This document shows positions 29,213 to 42,199 of a DNA stretch of 64,000 nt, piece by piece. Origin of the DNA: the human T2T-CHM13v2.0 reference genome, Homo sapiens; NCBI RefSeq assembly GCF_009914755.1, contig NC_060934.1; one strand, 5' to 3'. The notes beneath the pieces were generated by a model. The model made no database searches. It was not told the origin of the DNA and worked only from the letters and a program-made list of their open reading frames with translations. The position numbers were made by a program, and so were the translations under genes. Positions within the stretch are counted from its first letter, which is position 1. Each line of letters starts with the position of its first letter.

Positions 29213-29781
29213 TAGAGCTTAGCTCACCAGTCCCTGCAGAACTTGTAGGAAGTAGTAACTTTTTCTTAGAGGAAGGTTATTTCCAGGAAGAACTTTGCTG
29301 AGCACTGATATGGCACCTCCTTTCCACCTTGCAGCAATGCCCTGAAAAATGATGGCATTCCCCGCTTCAGTTTTCAGAAGAGGAAGCAGGCCCTCAGAGC
29401 GGGAGCAGCTCAGTGAAGGTCACAAAAGCCAGGTCTTCCCCCATTACCCTGTGCTTATGGTCTCCTCAGAAAGGCAACAGCCACACAAAAACAGAGTGAT
29501 TCTGCCAGGAGCAGTAGCTGATACAGTGAAACCCATGACCTGTGAGCTCTGCACTGTCTCACAGTGGTGAGAGGGCAGTGGAAGGTGAGTGGATTAATTC
29601 AGGGTCAAGTGTGGAAAGGACCTGGGGAAGGAGAGTCTAACCCAGGTCACCCAACCAGCTACACCACCCTTGGCAGGTCAATTAACCTCTCTGGGCCTCC
29701 GAGGTCATCTTGCCCAAAGCTGTCTTCCTCATTTCCACCTCTGACTTCTATGCACATGCAAGTCAGCTCTGGAGAGCCATG

Positions 29782-29831
29782 GCCCACCCACATGCCCACC
29801 CACATGCCCGCCCACATGCTCGCCCACGTGC
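29782..29831 (+). repeat. 12-bp tandem repeat, 4 copies (GCCCRCCCACAT)
   Basis: GCCCACCCACAT GCCCACCCACAT GCCCGCCCACAT GCTCGCCCACGT. Confidence 0.9.
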
Positions 29832-30429
29832 TTGAGCAGCTGAGAACCCTGTAGAGTGGGCTTTCCTGGGGGGTGTTATGCTCTCCATGCCACACAGGAC
29901 AGCCGGGAGGGGCACAGCCCACCTCTTTGGCCCCTTTACATCCCTCAGCATCAGGGGCATCTAATTGTTCCTCCTGTGGCCTTTATAGGGCCAGGGAGGA
30001 AGTTACCAGAAGCCTGAAATGCAGACAACCAGTTCCTGATTTAAAGGAAACCTATCGTGTGGGAGGTACTTAAAAAAAAAAAAAAGAAAAGAAAAAAAGA
30101 GCCCATGGCTTCTCCAGTGCACTCCACATTTCAGGGCTGTGGTATCAGCCCTGAATTCACTCTGACTCCATTAGCAGCCTGAGCACTGGTGCTGAGACAC
30201 CCAGACTCTCTGGAACCTTGAGAGAGCATCCCTGGAGAGCTGACTCAGCCTTTTGTCCTCCAGGAGGTAGAGAAATTGGATTCCAAGGCTCAGAGGTTGG
30301 CAGGTCTGCATCCAGAGGCAGAGAGATAAAGGACTGCTGCCCAAGTGGTGGGCAGCCCGGGGAGCCCTTTTAGAACAAAGGTGGACTCAGGAAAGGGATG
30401 GACAGAGGGAGGGAGGAGGAAGAATTGAT

Positions 30430-30620
30430 TTATTGCCCACAGCTTTGTAGTAGGCACCGTGCCTGCCACATTATTAATCCTAACAACCAGCTTTCAAGGT
30501 AAATATTGTTACCCCATGTTTTGCAGTTGTCATGACTGAGGCTCAGACCGTGGAGTGACCTAAGTAACTAGGTGGTCTGGGGCAAGCAATAGAGCATACA
30601 TTCAGATTCGGATGTGTCTA
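30430..30620 (-). mobile_element. MIR SINE
   Basis: ttaatcctaacaacc...ccccatgttttgcag...actgaggctcaga. Confidence 0.6.
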
Positions 30621-32491
30621 ACCCATGCAGTGCCTCGGGACTGACCACCAAGAAGGAGCTATAAGGAAAGAAAGGCACCATGGTGAGCAGCCCTGAGCCA
30701 TTGCCTGGTCTCACCGGAGTGGTACATCCCAGGTACCCAGCTGAGGCTTACCAGACCCTGACCCCAGGAACACCTGGTCCCTGCAGAACAACATACGCAA
30801 CAGAGTGGTGTTTGGGACAGTTTAGATGAGACATTTATCTATAGGCATTTGTCATTATGCAAATCTACAAGTCATATACCTAGGGTTGAGAAGGATTTGG
30901 AATTTAATGTCTTCTAGCTGGTGAGGGGTCATAATGACATAAAGAGGTGTTCTGTTTGTTCTTCCCCAAGTCCAGGGGCTCAGTGTGGATGGAAGCGCTC
31001 ATTCCACTGTTAGCAACACCTGGCTGTGAGCTCAAGACCCCATCATCTTGCATATGGGAGGAAGGATGGAATCAGGGATCCCAGGAGCCACTTTTCACCT
31101 GCCTTCCCTCTGCAGATAGAGACTACATCTCTTCAGTCTCCTTCCTAAAATAATGAAAGCTCATGATATGGCTTCACATGCTGAGGGTGTGCTATAACCC
31201 AGCCAGTGTGCTATGCAGTGTACACGCCACCATCTCATTTCATCCTTAGCGTGTCCTTCTGAGGCAAATATTCTTCTTACAAACCAAGGCCAGCCCAAGT
31301 CACACTGCTAGAAAGTGACAGAGATGGGCTTCAAAGACCTGTCTGCCCAAATCCAAACCCACACCCTTGCCCTTGCAGTCTTTGATCTCCCAAAGGACAA
31401 CATTGCTGTCAACCTTCCTGTTGTCCCTCTGCAGCCTGGCGTCCAGTCCGTGCTCCCTGCCTGTTTATCTCCTTAAGATATGCCACCACTACCCCTGTAG
31501 ACAAGCACAGAGCAGGCCCCGGGCCTCCGCCTGCTTACCTGCTGACAGCCCCACCCTGTGGAATTAACCTCCTTTGGCCAGCGCATGGCCCTCCGGGCTC
31601 CTAGTGGACTCTCAGCCCAGACTCCCTGATCCTGTACTCATGGAGCTCACAACCTACAGGTAGAGGCCGACACTAAACAGAGACATATCATCACAAACTG
31701 CCACTTGTGCTATGAGAGCAGCTAGCAGGGAGGTCTGTTGTGACCCAAAGGTGAGGGAGGGCTGCTGTTTGTGCTGGCCTTTGAGGGTGAGGAGAGCTTC
31801 CCCAGGCAGAGGATGTGGAAGGGGGAAAGGGTGTCCCAGGTAGGGGACAGGCACACACAACGGCCAGTGGTGGAAGACATCAAAGCTTTCAAAGGATAAA
31901 GGAAGCCAGGTTGGGTAGAGTTTGGAGTTCTGGGAGTGAGAAATGAGAAGAGGCTGCAGAGGTGAGCTGAGGATTTAGGGTTTCCTGAAACCGAAGGGAA
32001 GACACTGGCATCTTCCAGTAGGGGTGATGCAGTCGGGTTCATGCCTTTCAAAGGTCTCCACGGCTGCCGGGAGTGGAGGAGGAAGTGCTGCCTATCCACT
32101 AGTGCACACAGCAAATCCACAAGGCAGCAAGGTTAGCCGAGGCTCAGAAGTGAGGACTCTGAGGCTCACAGGCATGGATGGGCCAGTCTTATCTTCAAAC
32201 AAGCACAGATGCAAACAGGCCTGTCCTTTGAAAACTTCCTGCTCTCCAGGAAGCCTTGTTGACTCTCTCCAGCTCACCAGGCTGGCTCACCAGGCTGACT
32301 CTCAGCCTCCGGGCAGTTCCAGGTGTGCACCTGTAGTCTCATACTTGGTCCCATCTTCAACTAACCACAGCGAGCTGTGATATCTCTGCCACCTGACTGA
32401 GCATCTTGAGGCAAAGATTCTCTTGCTTGACTCCACATCTCCCTCACTCCCATGCTGCTTAGCACAGAGCCTCACAGAGAGGGACCAGGCC

Positions 32492-32640
32492 AGAGCTGTC
32501 CAATAGAACTTTCTGCACTGTCAGTTCAGGAACCACTGGCCACAGGGGCGACTGGGCATTAGATATGTGGCTAGTGCAAATGAGGAACTGGCTTTTTAAT
32601 GTTATTTTATTTCAATTAATTTAAATTTAAATAGCTACAG
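32492..32640 (+). mobile_element. MER3 hAT-Charlie MITE with an internal deletion
   Basis: gctgtccaatagaactttctgc...atgtggctagtgc...tgaggaactg...aattaatttaaatttaaatagc. Confidence 0.85.
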
Positions 32641-32659
32641 GACTCAACACTCCATAAAT

Positions 32660-32732
32660 AGAAAGGGGGGAAGGAAGGAAGTGGAAGGAAGGAAGTGGAA
32701 GGGAAGGGAAGGGAAAAGAAGGGAAGGGAAGG
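32660..32732 (+). repeat. GA-rich (GGAA/GGGAA) low-complexity tract
   Basis: Direct inspection. Confidence 0.85.
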
Positions 32733-33164
32733 ATGTTGACCGCAACTCCTACCCGACAACAGCAAGGACAGCTACAGGTTGGTGTCTGGCTGACATTCGA
32801 GCACAGCCCCAGGAGGGCCTAAGCCCAAGGAGTCGAGAGAATAGCAAGTGCTTAGAGTCTCAATGCTTAGAACCGCAGCCCCCAGGATGTCAGGCAGAAT
32901 GGGCCCTTGGAGCCCAGCCCACCCTTCTTGTCCTGCAAATGAGAACTGAGCCCAGAGAAGGGCAGGGACTGGGCCAGGGAGGCCCACAGGAGATGAGCCT
33001 CAGAGCACTGTGTCTCTAGGTCCTGCCTAGGTAAGTGGAGGAGGCCCCGTGTGAGACGGAGCTGAGAGAGGTGAGGAGTCCACAGTGCCAGATGTAGATG
33101 CTACATGCTCCTGCCCCGTCCCCACACCTCTCTCCCTCCCACCCTCCCTTCCTCCGCCTCCATC

Positions 33165-33560
33165 TCCGCATTAGCAATATATTTCCAGGACACTCTAATG
33201 AAGTACATCTTGAGTCTCCTTTTCATGGCTAATGAGGAGACAACAAGAATTTGACTAATACCAGTACAATTACTGGAGCAGTGAAGCGAGGGCCTCTGAT
33301 TAGACGTGATAATTTGCAAGGCTGGGCTCTTCACATTAAGTTTGCAAACAGTTTAAAAATCACTTCCTCTATTTATCCAGCTAATCCCTGTTTAATGACT
33401 CCAGACCTAAGGAAAGAAAGGGGAAATGTCTCTTTAAAAATTAATAAATAAATAAATTAAAACACTAACAACCCAAATCTTATTTGCAGAGACAAGAGAG
33501 GTGGCGGAAGTGCGGCCGACTGTCGTCTTTTCATGCAGACTCTGCCAACATTGCGCAGCT
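33165..33560. promoter_or_regulatory. Candidate enhancer-like non-repeat element
   Basis: Repeated CTAATG, CTGATTAG, TAATCC (33382), TTTAATGA and GCGGAAGTG. Confidence 0.4.
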
Positions 33561-33804
33561 CGAAGGACTTTGCCATCCCTGAACCATGGTCATTGCATTA
33601 GCTCCAGCCGCTGCCCCTGTCTGGCTGCTCCTTCTCCTAAGGGGGCTTGCTTGTCCAGCATGGGGAGACAAGATCAGCTCCCTGCCGATGGGGCTGATGG
33701 CCTGATTCGGGAACTGCTGGAGGTGGTCATTGGTCTCCCAATGCTGTTGAAAGAATGGGTGCAGGTGAAATTCTGTTGTAGCAGAGGATTCTTTATAATC
33801 TCAT

Positions 33805-33964
33805 CACACAAAGTGTGGTCCCTGGGCTGGCAGTATGAGGATTACCAGGGAGCTTTTCACGAATGCAGAAACTCAGGCCCCACCCAGACCTGCTGATGTG
33901 GAATCTGCATTTTCACAGGCTCCCTGGGTGACACCTCTGTGCACTGAGGTTTGAGAGGCACTGC
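33805..33964 (+). mobile_element. MER5A/B-like MITE
   Basis: caaagtgtggtccctgg...caggccccacccagacctgctga...aggtttgagaggcactg. Confidence 0.85.
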
Positions 33965-34059
33965 TGTGCATCATATCATTTTCCTGTGTCCCAGGGTGAC
34001 CTGCTGACACATGGTGGTGTTGATTTCCATACTATTGATTTCACAGATCCGTACTTGCT

Positions 34060-34320
34060 ACAGTGTATTCCTCAAAGCCTTGTAGCAGAGATTATGCAAA
34101 AGAAGAGAACGTTTGGGAAACTCTGGGTTAAACCAAATTAAAATTATTTGTTTATGGCAGGTTTTACAGCATCTTTATAATACCAATAAGCGTTTTGATG
34201 TCTGTGAAGGGAAGTACAGTCTGAGAGGTTTTCCAAAACCTGAGGAGGTGCCCCTCTTGGTGTGTGGGGACCATCACAGACTACACGTAACCCACTGAGT
34301 ACCAGTTTAGAAAGAGCTGC
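34060..34320. mobile_element. MER103C-like hAT-Charlie element
   Basis: gtttgggaaactctgggttaaaccaaattaaa...gcagg...ttttccaaaac. Confidence 0.6.
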
Positions 34321-35079
34321 TATGGACAGTGGCCGATTCCACCAGAGAAATGCAGCTCTCTGGCTGCATCAGTTTCCTCTACCACAAATGTACATCCAGA
34401 AAAAAATGCTGAGGGCTCCAAGTGTCCATCAAAAAACAAAACAAACAAAAAAAACCCTCCTCTCATTGCCTTCCTCCAGCACTCTTACCCTCAAGCAGAG
34501 AAATCCCCCCAAGAATCAAATATCTAGACCATCAAAAGAAAAAAGAAACGGATCTAAAGGTGGGAGGTTGGGGATATCACCCTCTTTCTCGTAATAATTA
34601 ATGTTACAGGTAAGGACAGTCACACCATTTCTCTTCCACTTCTTGTCAAAGTAAACGAAATGGCCTAAGGGCCAAGAACTGCTAAAGGGTGATATGTGAG
34701 GCTCAGGCTGTTCCAGGAGCTATGTGCTTAGCATCAAATCTGCATGAGAGCCTAGAGGGAAGCACATTTATTAGGCCCATTTTGCAGATGAAGACAACAA
34801 GCCCACCAAGGTTTTACAGCTTATTCTACTCAACCCAGCTAAGCAAGCAGTGCAACGACATTCAAACACAGGCAGGCTGCTTAGGCTCCACTCTGCTCCA
34901 TGCAAGGTGTTGAGGGGATGAAATTAGATTTAAATCCTAATTAACAAACACAAGCACCCACATACTCAAATATATGACCCCAGTCCCTAAACACACTGAT
35001 GCAAAATTAAATTTCCATACGTACACGAGTATACGTATGCATGTACATGACAACATAAAGTGAAATTTCTTTTGCCTGC

Positions 35080-35462
35080 TGATATCGTTTGGCTGTGTCC
35101 CCACCCAAATCTCATCTTTAATTGTAGTTCCCATAATCCCCACTTGTTGTGGGAGGGACCTGGTGGGAGGTAATTGAATCATGGTGTCATGGGGGCAGTT
35201 ACTTCCATGCTGTTCTCATGACAGTGAGTGAGTTCTCACGAGATTTGATGGTTTTATAAGTGGCTTTTCCCCTTTTGCTTGGCACTTCTTCTTCCTGCCA
35301 CCATGTGAAGAAGGACATGTTTGCTTTCCTTTCAAACATGATTGTAAGTTTCCTGAGGTCTCCCCAGCCCCGCGGAACTGTAAGTCAATTAAACCTCTTT
35401 CCTTTATAAATTACCCACCCTTAGGTATGTCTTTATTAGCAGCATGAGAACAGACCAATACA
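35080..35462 (+). mobile_element. THE1D-like (THE1C/D) MaLR solo LTR
   Basis: Starts tgatatcgtttggctgtgtccccacccaaatctcatc and ends gaacagaccaataca. Perfect 5-bp TSD CCTGC. Confidence 0.95.
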
Positions 35463-38400
35463 CCTGCAAAACTTGGAAATCACAGAATCAGGAACAGTTC
35501 TCAACAATTACCAGCAAACAGCTCATTTCATCCTCACAATGCCCCTGAGAGTAAAACAACAGGGATTCTTACCTCTCACTTTATGGGAGGGAAAACCAAG
35601 GAAGGAAGTGATTTGTCCAAGATCTCATGCTCACCAAAGGTGGTCCGGCATGGATGTGGTGTGGGTCTTAGGATTTCCTAGGGCCTGAGGCCTCGTTCAG
35701 ACCACTAGCGGAGGCAACTGGCCCTCCTCAGAAACTTCCCTGCCTTTATGGTCCAGGAGAATCTAAAGCCCACCCAGGACGGAGGGAACTTCAGAACGGT
35801 AACACTGGAAAAACCCAAGAGTCACCAGTAAGAGACCGTGGAGCAAAGGCTGTGGGTGTATGTGTTTGAGCCTCGACTATCTCTCTCACATACATGCACA
35901 GCCCTCGTGTTTTACACAGCCCAGGGTGTTATCACAGCTGCTGACTGCCAGGATCCTGCACACAAGCCACCCTGCTCCCCCATGCTGGCGGAGACCAGCC
36001 TTAGCCAACTATTACTACCAAAACAGGGGTCTGAGGCCCATGGGCAAGGGTTGAGCGGAGCCAAGAGGTTGTCATCTTGAAAGAAGGTAAGAGGAAGCTA
36101 ATGATGGGAGGAGAACAAAGCAAGGATGTGGGGAAAGACCAGGCACTGCCAGGTGTGGAGGTGATGGGCAGGGCAAGCTGGGGCCTGGTAGGTGCTCAGA
36201 CTATTAGTGCAGAGAACTGGAACCTCGCCCTGTTTGTCTGCAGGTGCACCATGTGACTGTGCCCTGTCTCCTCTGCCTCAGTGTGCCCATCTGTAAAACC
36301 AACCCGCTCAATCATTTACTGACGATCTTCTGTGAGAATGCCTGGCATGTGTGCCTGAAGCCCCTCTGCCCAGGCATTCGGGGAAGGGAAGGAGCACCTT
36401 GGGGAGCCCCCACTCACCCATGGGATTGCTCAAGTATCAGGCCTGATGGGAAGTGATTCTTCCCCTTGGCAAGCTGCCCATGTGCTGCTGTGTGACCTAG
36501 ATCGAGTCACTGTCCCTCTCTGGGCTTGGGAGCGTCATCTGGCTCCTGGAAACATAGGCCCAAGTGGCTATATCTTCCCCAGAAGTGTGACATATGAGGA
36601 GGAAGGATTTTAAGCCCAGATTGACCTGCGTTCAAATCCCCAACTTCATTGATTTCTCATTTCCTCAGTTTTCTCCCATGCAAAAAGTGAATAGTAATGC
36701 TGGCCACATGGGTAGCAGGAAAGGCACATATTAGACCATGGAAAGGAACTGGAATACAGTAGGGCCATCCAAAAGGAGGGAAGAACCTTGCACCTTTGGC
36801 TTCCACAAACAAATACAAAGAAAGCCCTGGCTGCGGAATCGGCATGGTATTTGTAGGTGTCTGGGTTTAAAAACTCAAATGCCGGAAATAACTATGGCAC
36901 AGCCCTTGCCAACAGAGAACCACAGAGATTGCTGTGTTGTCAGTGTGGAGGGATCTCCAGGTAACATTGTTCAGTGGGAAAAAATAAGGTGCAGGGCAAT
37001 GCATGCAGAAAGCTTCCTTTGGGGTAAGAAATGAAGAAGATCCAAATGTAGGTGTGTAGTTTCTCCTATCTGCCAATAGAAACTGGATGAATAAACAAAA
37101 AACAGGAGGGAAACATGTACTCGCAGAGGCAGGGGGCATGGCTTGGAGGTAAGTACACCTTTTCATTCAGTAATCACTTTTGAGTCACATTCAAAATTAA
37201 TCAAAAATAAAATGAAACAAAACAAAGCTTAAACTGCCTTGCAGTAGTCAGGCAGTTTGGGGAACTGGAGTGAGCCAGTTGGCTTCTCTAATCCAGATGG
37301 ACAGGCAGACAGACAGATAAACAGTTTAGAGGCCAAAGTCCCAAAGGGGCTGAGGAATGGGCCTACCAGGCAGCCAGAGCCACTCCCAACCCCACATCCC
37401 AGAAGGCAGCCCTGAACCCGCTCACCCAGACCCCTGCTGACGGAGCGCTCCACTCCCGGATTCCTCCTGGAATGAAGGCTTTCTCTAAGCTCACTGCAAA
37501 ACATCCTGGCTGGATCTGTGAACGGGACTCCAGAAGCATCCCCTGGAGAGAGGCAACTCACTTCCTAAGGACATCTTGGCCTTGTGCAAGGCCTGCAGCA
37601 GGAGAGAGGAGAACAGGCCAGGCTCTTGTTACTTCCAGCCAGCCTGGGCCCACAGCACAGCTGGGTGCTGACTGGGTGCCACGCCTGGGCTAGGCCAGTC
37701 ACTGGGTAAGGGCAATGGTGGGTGTCAGGGAGTCTCCTCACACCTCGCTCCCTACCCACCCCTTTAGGCGCACCCACCCAACACCCTACTCTGAACAGCT
37801 TTGGGGGCTGTGCAGGGCATGTTGAGAGAGAGATGAGAAGGGAACCCCCATGCTAAGGTCTCAGCAGCCCCCAGCCCACGTACCCAAGAATGCAGGAAGC
37901 AGCAAGATGCACTGGCAGAGCCTGGGAGTGGTGGCAGGGCCCGAGGCTGCCACACAATAGTCACTTAGGCAGGTCCCTCCTCTCTGGACCTCGCTTCTTC
38001 CATCTGTATTAGGGACTTTTTAGCATAGAACTCTATTTTCAAATGTCATCTTACTTAGAACTTGGCATGTAGGCAAAACCAGTGTTCGCTCTTCTGGGGC
38101 AGGAGGGGTAGCAAGCCAAGCCTCACCCCAATGCCCACCCCTGGCCCCTGAGCAGCCCCTGGGCACTTCCTTGGACCCCTGGCTTTCCTCGAAATCCCCA
38201 GTTCTGCTTTTTGTTAGATTCCAAGTGGTCCCAAGGACCCCGGCTCCCATTTGTGCCCCACACACACCACACACACCAACTCACTGCTTTGCCAGTGCCT
38301 TTCCAATCTTGATCTTGCTGAGCTCCACACCTGAGTGCTCACTACCCACTGGATACCTCCCCTAGAAGGCTGCAGGCATCTCACACATGAGCTGCCCAAG

Positions 38401-38606
38401 CAGACAAACACTTCTCCCCTCACAAGCCAGCTCCTACCCTGGGGTTCCCATCTCTGGATGATGGGCCCCAGCCACTGTGGCATCCAAACCAGAAACTCTG
38501 CTCGTCTCTTCCTCACAACTGCCCCTATCCAAATCTGTGCTGTCATCAAATGCTTTCAAATCAGCCCTTCCTCTTCATCTCAGCTCTGTTGTTCTGGTTG
38601 GGGCTC

Positions 38607-39413
38607 ACAATCATCACCACCATCTCCATCATCATCACCACCATCTTACCATTACATAGCCATCATCATCCCCACCACCACCATCACCATCATAACCATT
38701 CTCACCACCATCCCACCATCATTAAAACTATAACCATCACCATCATCATCACCACCATCATTATAATCATCACCGCCATCTTACCATCACAACATAACCC
38801 TCATCATCTCCCGCACCACCATCACCATCATCATTATAACCATCCTCACTGCCATCCCACCATCCCACCATCATTATAACTATCATCATCACCATCATCA
38901 TCACCACCATCACCATCACCACCATCTTACCATCACATAACCATCATCATTCCCACCACCACCATCAATATCATCATCATAACCATTTTCACCACCATCC
39001 CACCATCGTAACTATCATCATCACCTTCACCATTATAATCAAGATCATCACCATCATTATAATTATCACCACCACCATATTACCATCACATAACTGTCAT
39101 CATCAACATCACTGCCATCATCACCACTATTACCACTATCATTCCCACCACAAACATCAACATCATTATCACAGTCATCTTTACCACCATCTCACCATCC
39201 TTATAACTGCTATCATCACCATCACCATTATTATCCTCACCATCACCATTATTATCATCATTACAATCATCATCACCACCACCATTTTAGCATCACATAG
39301 ACATCATCATCATCACCATCTTCACCACCATCACTATCTTCATCCATATGATTATTATCCATGCCTCTTCCATCACTGTCTTCATCCAAGTTATTATTAT
39401 CCCTGCCTCTTCC
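38607..39413 (+). repeat. (CAT/CAC)n low-complexity array with higher-order units, embedded in L2-like sequence
   Basis: Almost G-free top strand. Recurring marker CCATCTTACCATCACATA. Confidence 0.9.
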
Positions 39414-41890
39414 TAGGTCTCCCATCATCTGTACATGCCCTTGCTTGTCAACCTTCTACCTGGCATAGTTGCTGTTCCTGAATCCCAGACACAGTCATGA
39501 TCATTACGCTTTGTAACTTCCCTCTCCCCTCAGAGCAAAGGTCACATATTTTAGCATTTGGCCATTTACAATCTGACTCCAATCTAGTGCTCCAAACTCA
39601 TCTCCCACCAGGCTCCACCCTTATCCCAACAACACAGGGCTCAGCCCCACCCAACACCTTCGTGAACATATCACATCTTTCCCCTGTCTCAGTACATGCT
39701 CTTCTCTCAGTCTGAAATTCCCATCCTCTTCTCTGACTTCTGAATCCTACTAATCCCTCAAGGCCCAGATCCTCCAGGAAGAAAGGGTCAGTCTCCCCAC
39801 CTGGGATCCTGAGCCCTTGCCCTAACCCCCACCCAAGTATCCAGTCACATGAACACTCCCAATAATCTTATGATTACAATAACACCCCTCCCACCATTAG
39901 ACAGAGAGCATGGTGGTCTGTGAACAACATTGCTCTTCTTGATACCAGCCTTGCCACTGTCCCATCCCAGGGCTGGTCTGGCACAGGGCAGGAGCCTAAA
40001 GAGAATCTGATAAATTGTGATAGCTGGCAAGAACAGAGGCAGGGGAAATGAGGAAGGAATACTTTTTAACTGTGTAATACCAGCCTGTGTATCCTTCAAC
40101 CAGAGCCCAGCCCACATCCAAATCAGCCATTCCCCTGTACCAAACTCAGAGGATAGAAGAAGCATAGTGCCCATTCTGTGAAAAAAGGAAGATCTATCTC
40201 TCCTGGTTCCTCCTCAAACACAGCCACTCTTACCCGGCCCTCCCAAGTTGTGCTGCAGGAGACAGCAGAGAAGTCACAGCACCCAGAAGCCTAAGCCACG
40301 GTGCTGCCTCCCAGTGCCTGAGCTCCCCACCTTTGGTGCCATGTCCAGACTATCCGGATGGTGGGTGAATCCATTCACTCACTCACAAACTTTTACTGTG
40401 CCCCCACTAAGTGCCAGGCTCTGTACCAGGCAGAGGAAATCAGCAGAAGTTGACTTGGGCTCATTCTGCTTTTTGAGTTGGATTTGGGGCTGAAGATCAA
40501 TGTTATCATTTTCCGCCTAGACCTCCCTTCCACTCTGCTCTAAGAATTCGCTGCACCCAGTACCTCCATGTTTCACTCCTCAGGAAAGGCATCCCTTCTT
40601 GATGAAACAGACCCTTGGAGCAGGCCACTGTCCTCAGCATACTCAAGTCAGATGACCAGTATTTGCACCCTGGCTCTAGAAAACGTCACCTTGCAGCATG
40701 ACCTTGGGCAGGAGACGTGCCCTCTTGTGCTCCCTGTTAAAGAAGGGTGGGATGTTCTTCCCCAAAAGCCAAAAGGGTAGCTTAGCTCCTACACTCCTAC
40801 ACCCAAGGGGTCCAGCTCCCTCCAGCCAGGACTGCTACTGACTGCCACATCTTGAGGGGCCTAGAGTATGAACAGGGGTGGACAAGAAAGAACAACACAT
40901 CCCCGTAGCCCTGCCTGCAGAGGTCTGACCACCACTTGGGGAGGGACGGGGCTCCAGCACAGAGGAGGAGGGATGTTGTGACCTTCACCCACCCTACTCC
41001 CATTCTACTCTCATGATCTTAGCATGGAGTGCCAGCCAGCCCATCACAACTTGATGTGGATGCTTTACTCAGCAGGGGCCTCCCCTTTACAAATAAAAGA
41101 ACTCTTCTCTCCAGAACTTCAGGGCCCAGACAACAGCCAGGTAGTTGTCTTGGGACCTAGAGTCCAGCCCCTTCTAAACATGATACTACCCTTCAGGGTC
41201 ACCAAGGGTCCCAGCCTTTTTTGGGCCAAATATGGGGAAGAGACACCAAGTCAAGGGATTTGGGACAGGTAGACAAAGGCCACCAGCACAGAAAACAAGA
41301 ACTGTAAAGACAGGTAAATTGAACCTTAATCACAGCAAAATGGGAAAAGACCAGGACTGCCCTCATTTAAGGAGACAGAGCATGAAACCAGGCTGCCTGG
41401 AAATCTGAACTTAGTGTCAGCCTCACAGGGCCCTCATAGCACTTATTTGGCAGAGGAGAAACTGAGGCCTAGGAGGGGAGCTTGGTGAAGGCCCGTAGCT
41501 GGTGTGATCCAGGGAATGGCCCACTCCAGACAAACTCAGCTCTCAGGCCCACCTCTGAGGAGGCTCCACCAGGGCCAGAGCCTGCCTCTTCACTTCAAAG
41601 CATGAGGCTCCTCCTTGAGCCTCTTTGGAGGGCAGGATTAGGGCATGTCCACAATAGCAGGCCCAGGGACAAGGTAGGACTCTTTCCCCAGGAGGTAGGC
41701 TTAGGAGCCCGGCTTCCTGCTCTGAGCACACCCAGCACGAGGGGTGGAGGGCCAGAGGCTACAGACGCCCCAAGTAGCCGCAGGGGCAAACTCTCAGACT
41801 GGGTCCCTATCCTATGCCCACCCAGCCCCACTCTGACCCTGCTCCATCTCCTCCCCTCACTCACCCCACCTCTTTCAGTCTTTCATCCTC

Positions 41891-42198
41891 TTTTTTTTTT
41901 CTTTTTTTTTTTTTTGAGACAAAGTCTCACTCAGTCACCCAGGCTGGAGTGCATTGGCGCAATCTCGGCTCGCTGCAGCTTGTGCTTCCCGGGTTCAAGC
42001 AAGTCTCATGCCTCAACCTCCTGAGTAGCTGGGATTACAGGCACGCACCACCATGCCTGGCTAATTTTTTGTGTTTTTAGTAGAGACAGGGTTTCACCAT
42101 GTTGGAAAGGCTAGTCTTGAACACCTGACCTCTAGTGATCAGCCCATCTCGGCCTCCTAATGTGCTGGGATTACAGGCGTGAGCCACCGCATCCGGCC
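41891..42198 (-). mobile_element. AluS (Sx/Sz-like)
   Basis: Two-arm Alu preceded by poly-T. Confidence 0.95.
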
Positions 42199-42199
42199 C

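Noticed and set aside
30071-30099. Orphan poly(A) tract as a retrocopy tail
   Set aside because: I see no upstream polyadenylation signal, retrocopy body or TSD.
30130-30155. 10-bp perfect hairpin TTCAGGGCTG/CAGCCCTGAA
   Set aside because: An isolated stem of this length is expected by chance in 64 kb, and it is too short for a pre-miRNA.
32668-32700. GGAA microsatellite as an EWS-FLI1 response element
   Set aside because: There are at most three consecutive GGAA units.
35358-35373. PRDM9 hotspot motif position in the THE1 LTR
   Set aside because: It reads GTCTCCCCAGCCCCG, which does not match CCTCCCTNNCCAC.
38477-38879. His-, Thr- and Ile-rich ORFs
   Set aside because: These are translations of the CAT/CAC simple repeat.
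38607-39413. CRISPR-like repeat-spacer array
   Set aside because: The context is eukaryotic, the intervening sequences are the same low-complexity triplets rather than unique spacers, and there are no cas genes.
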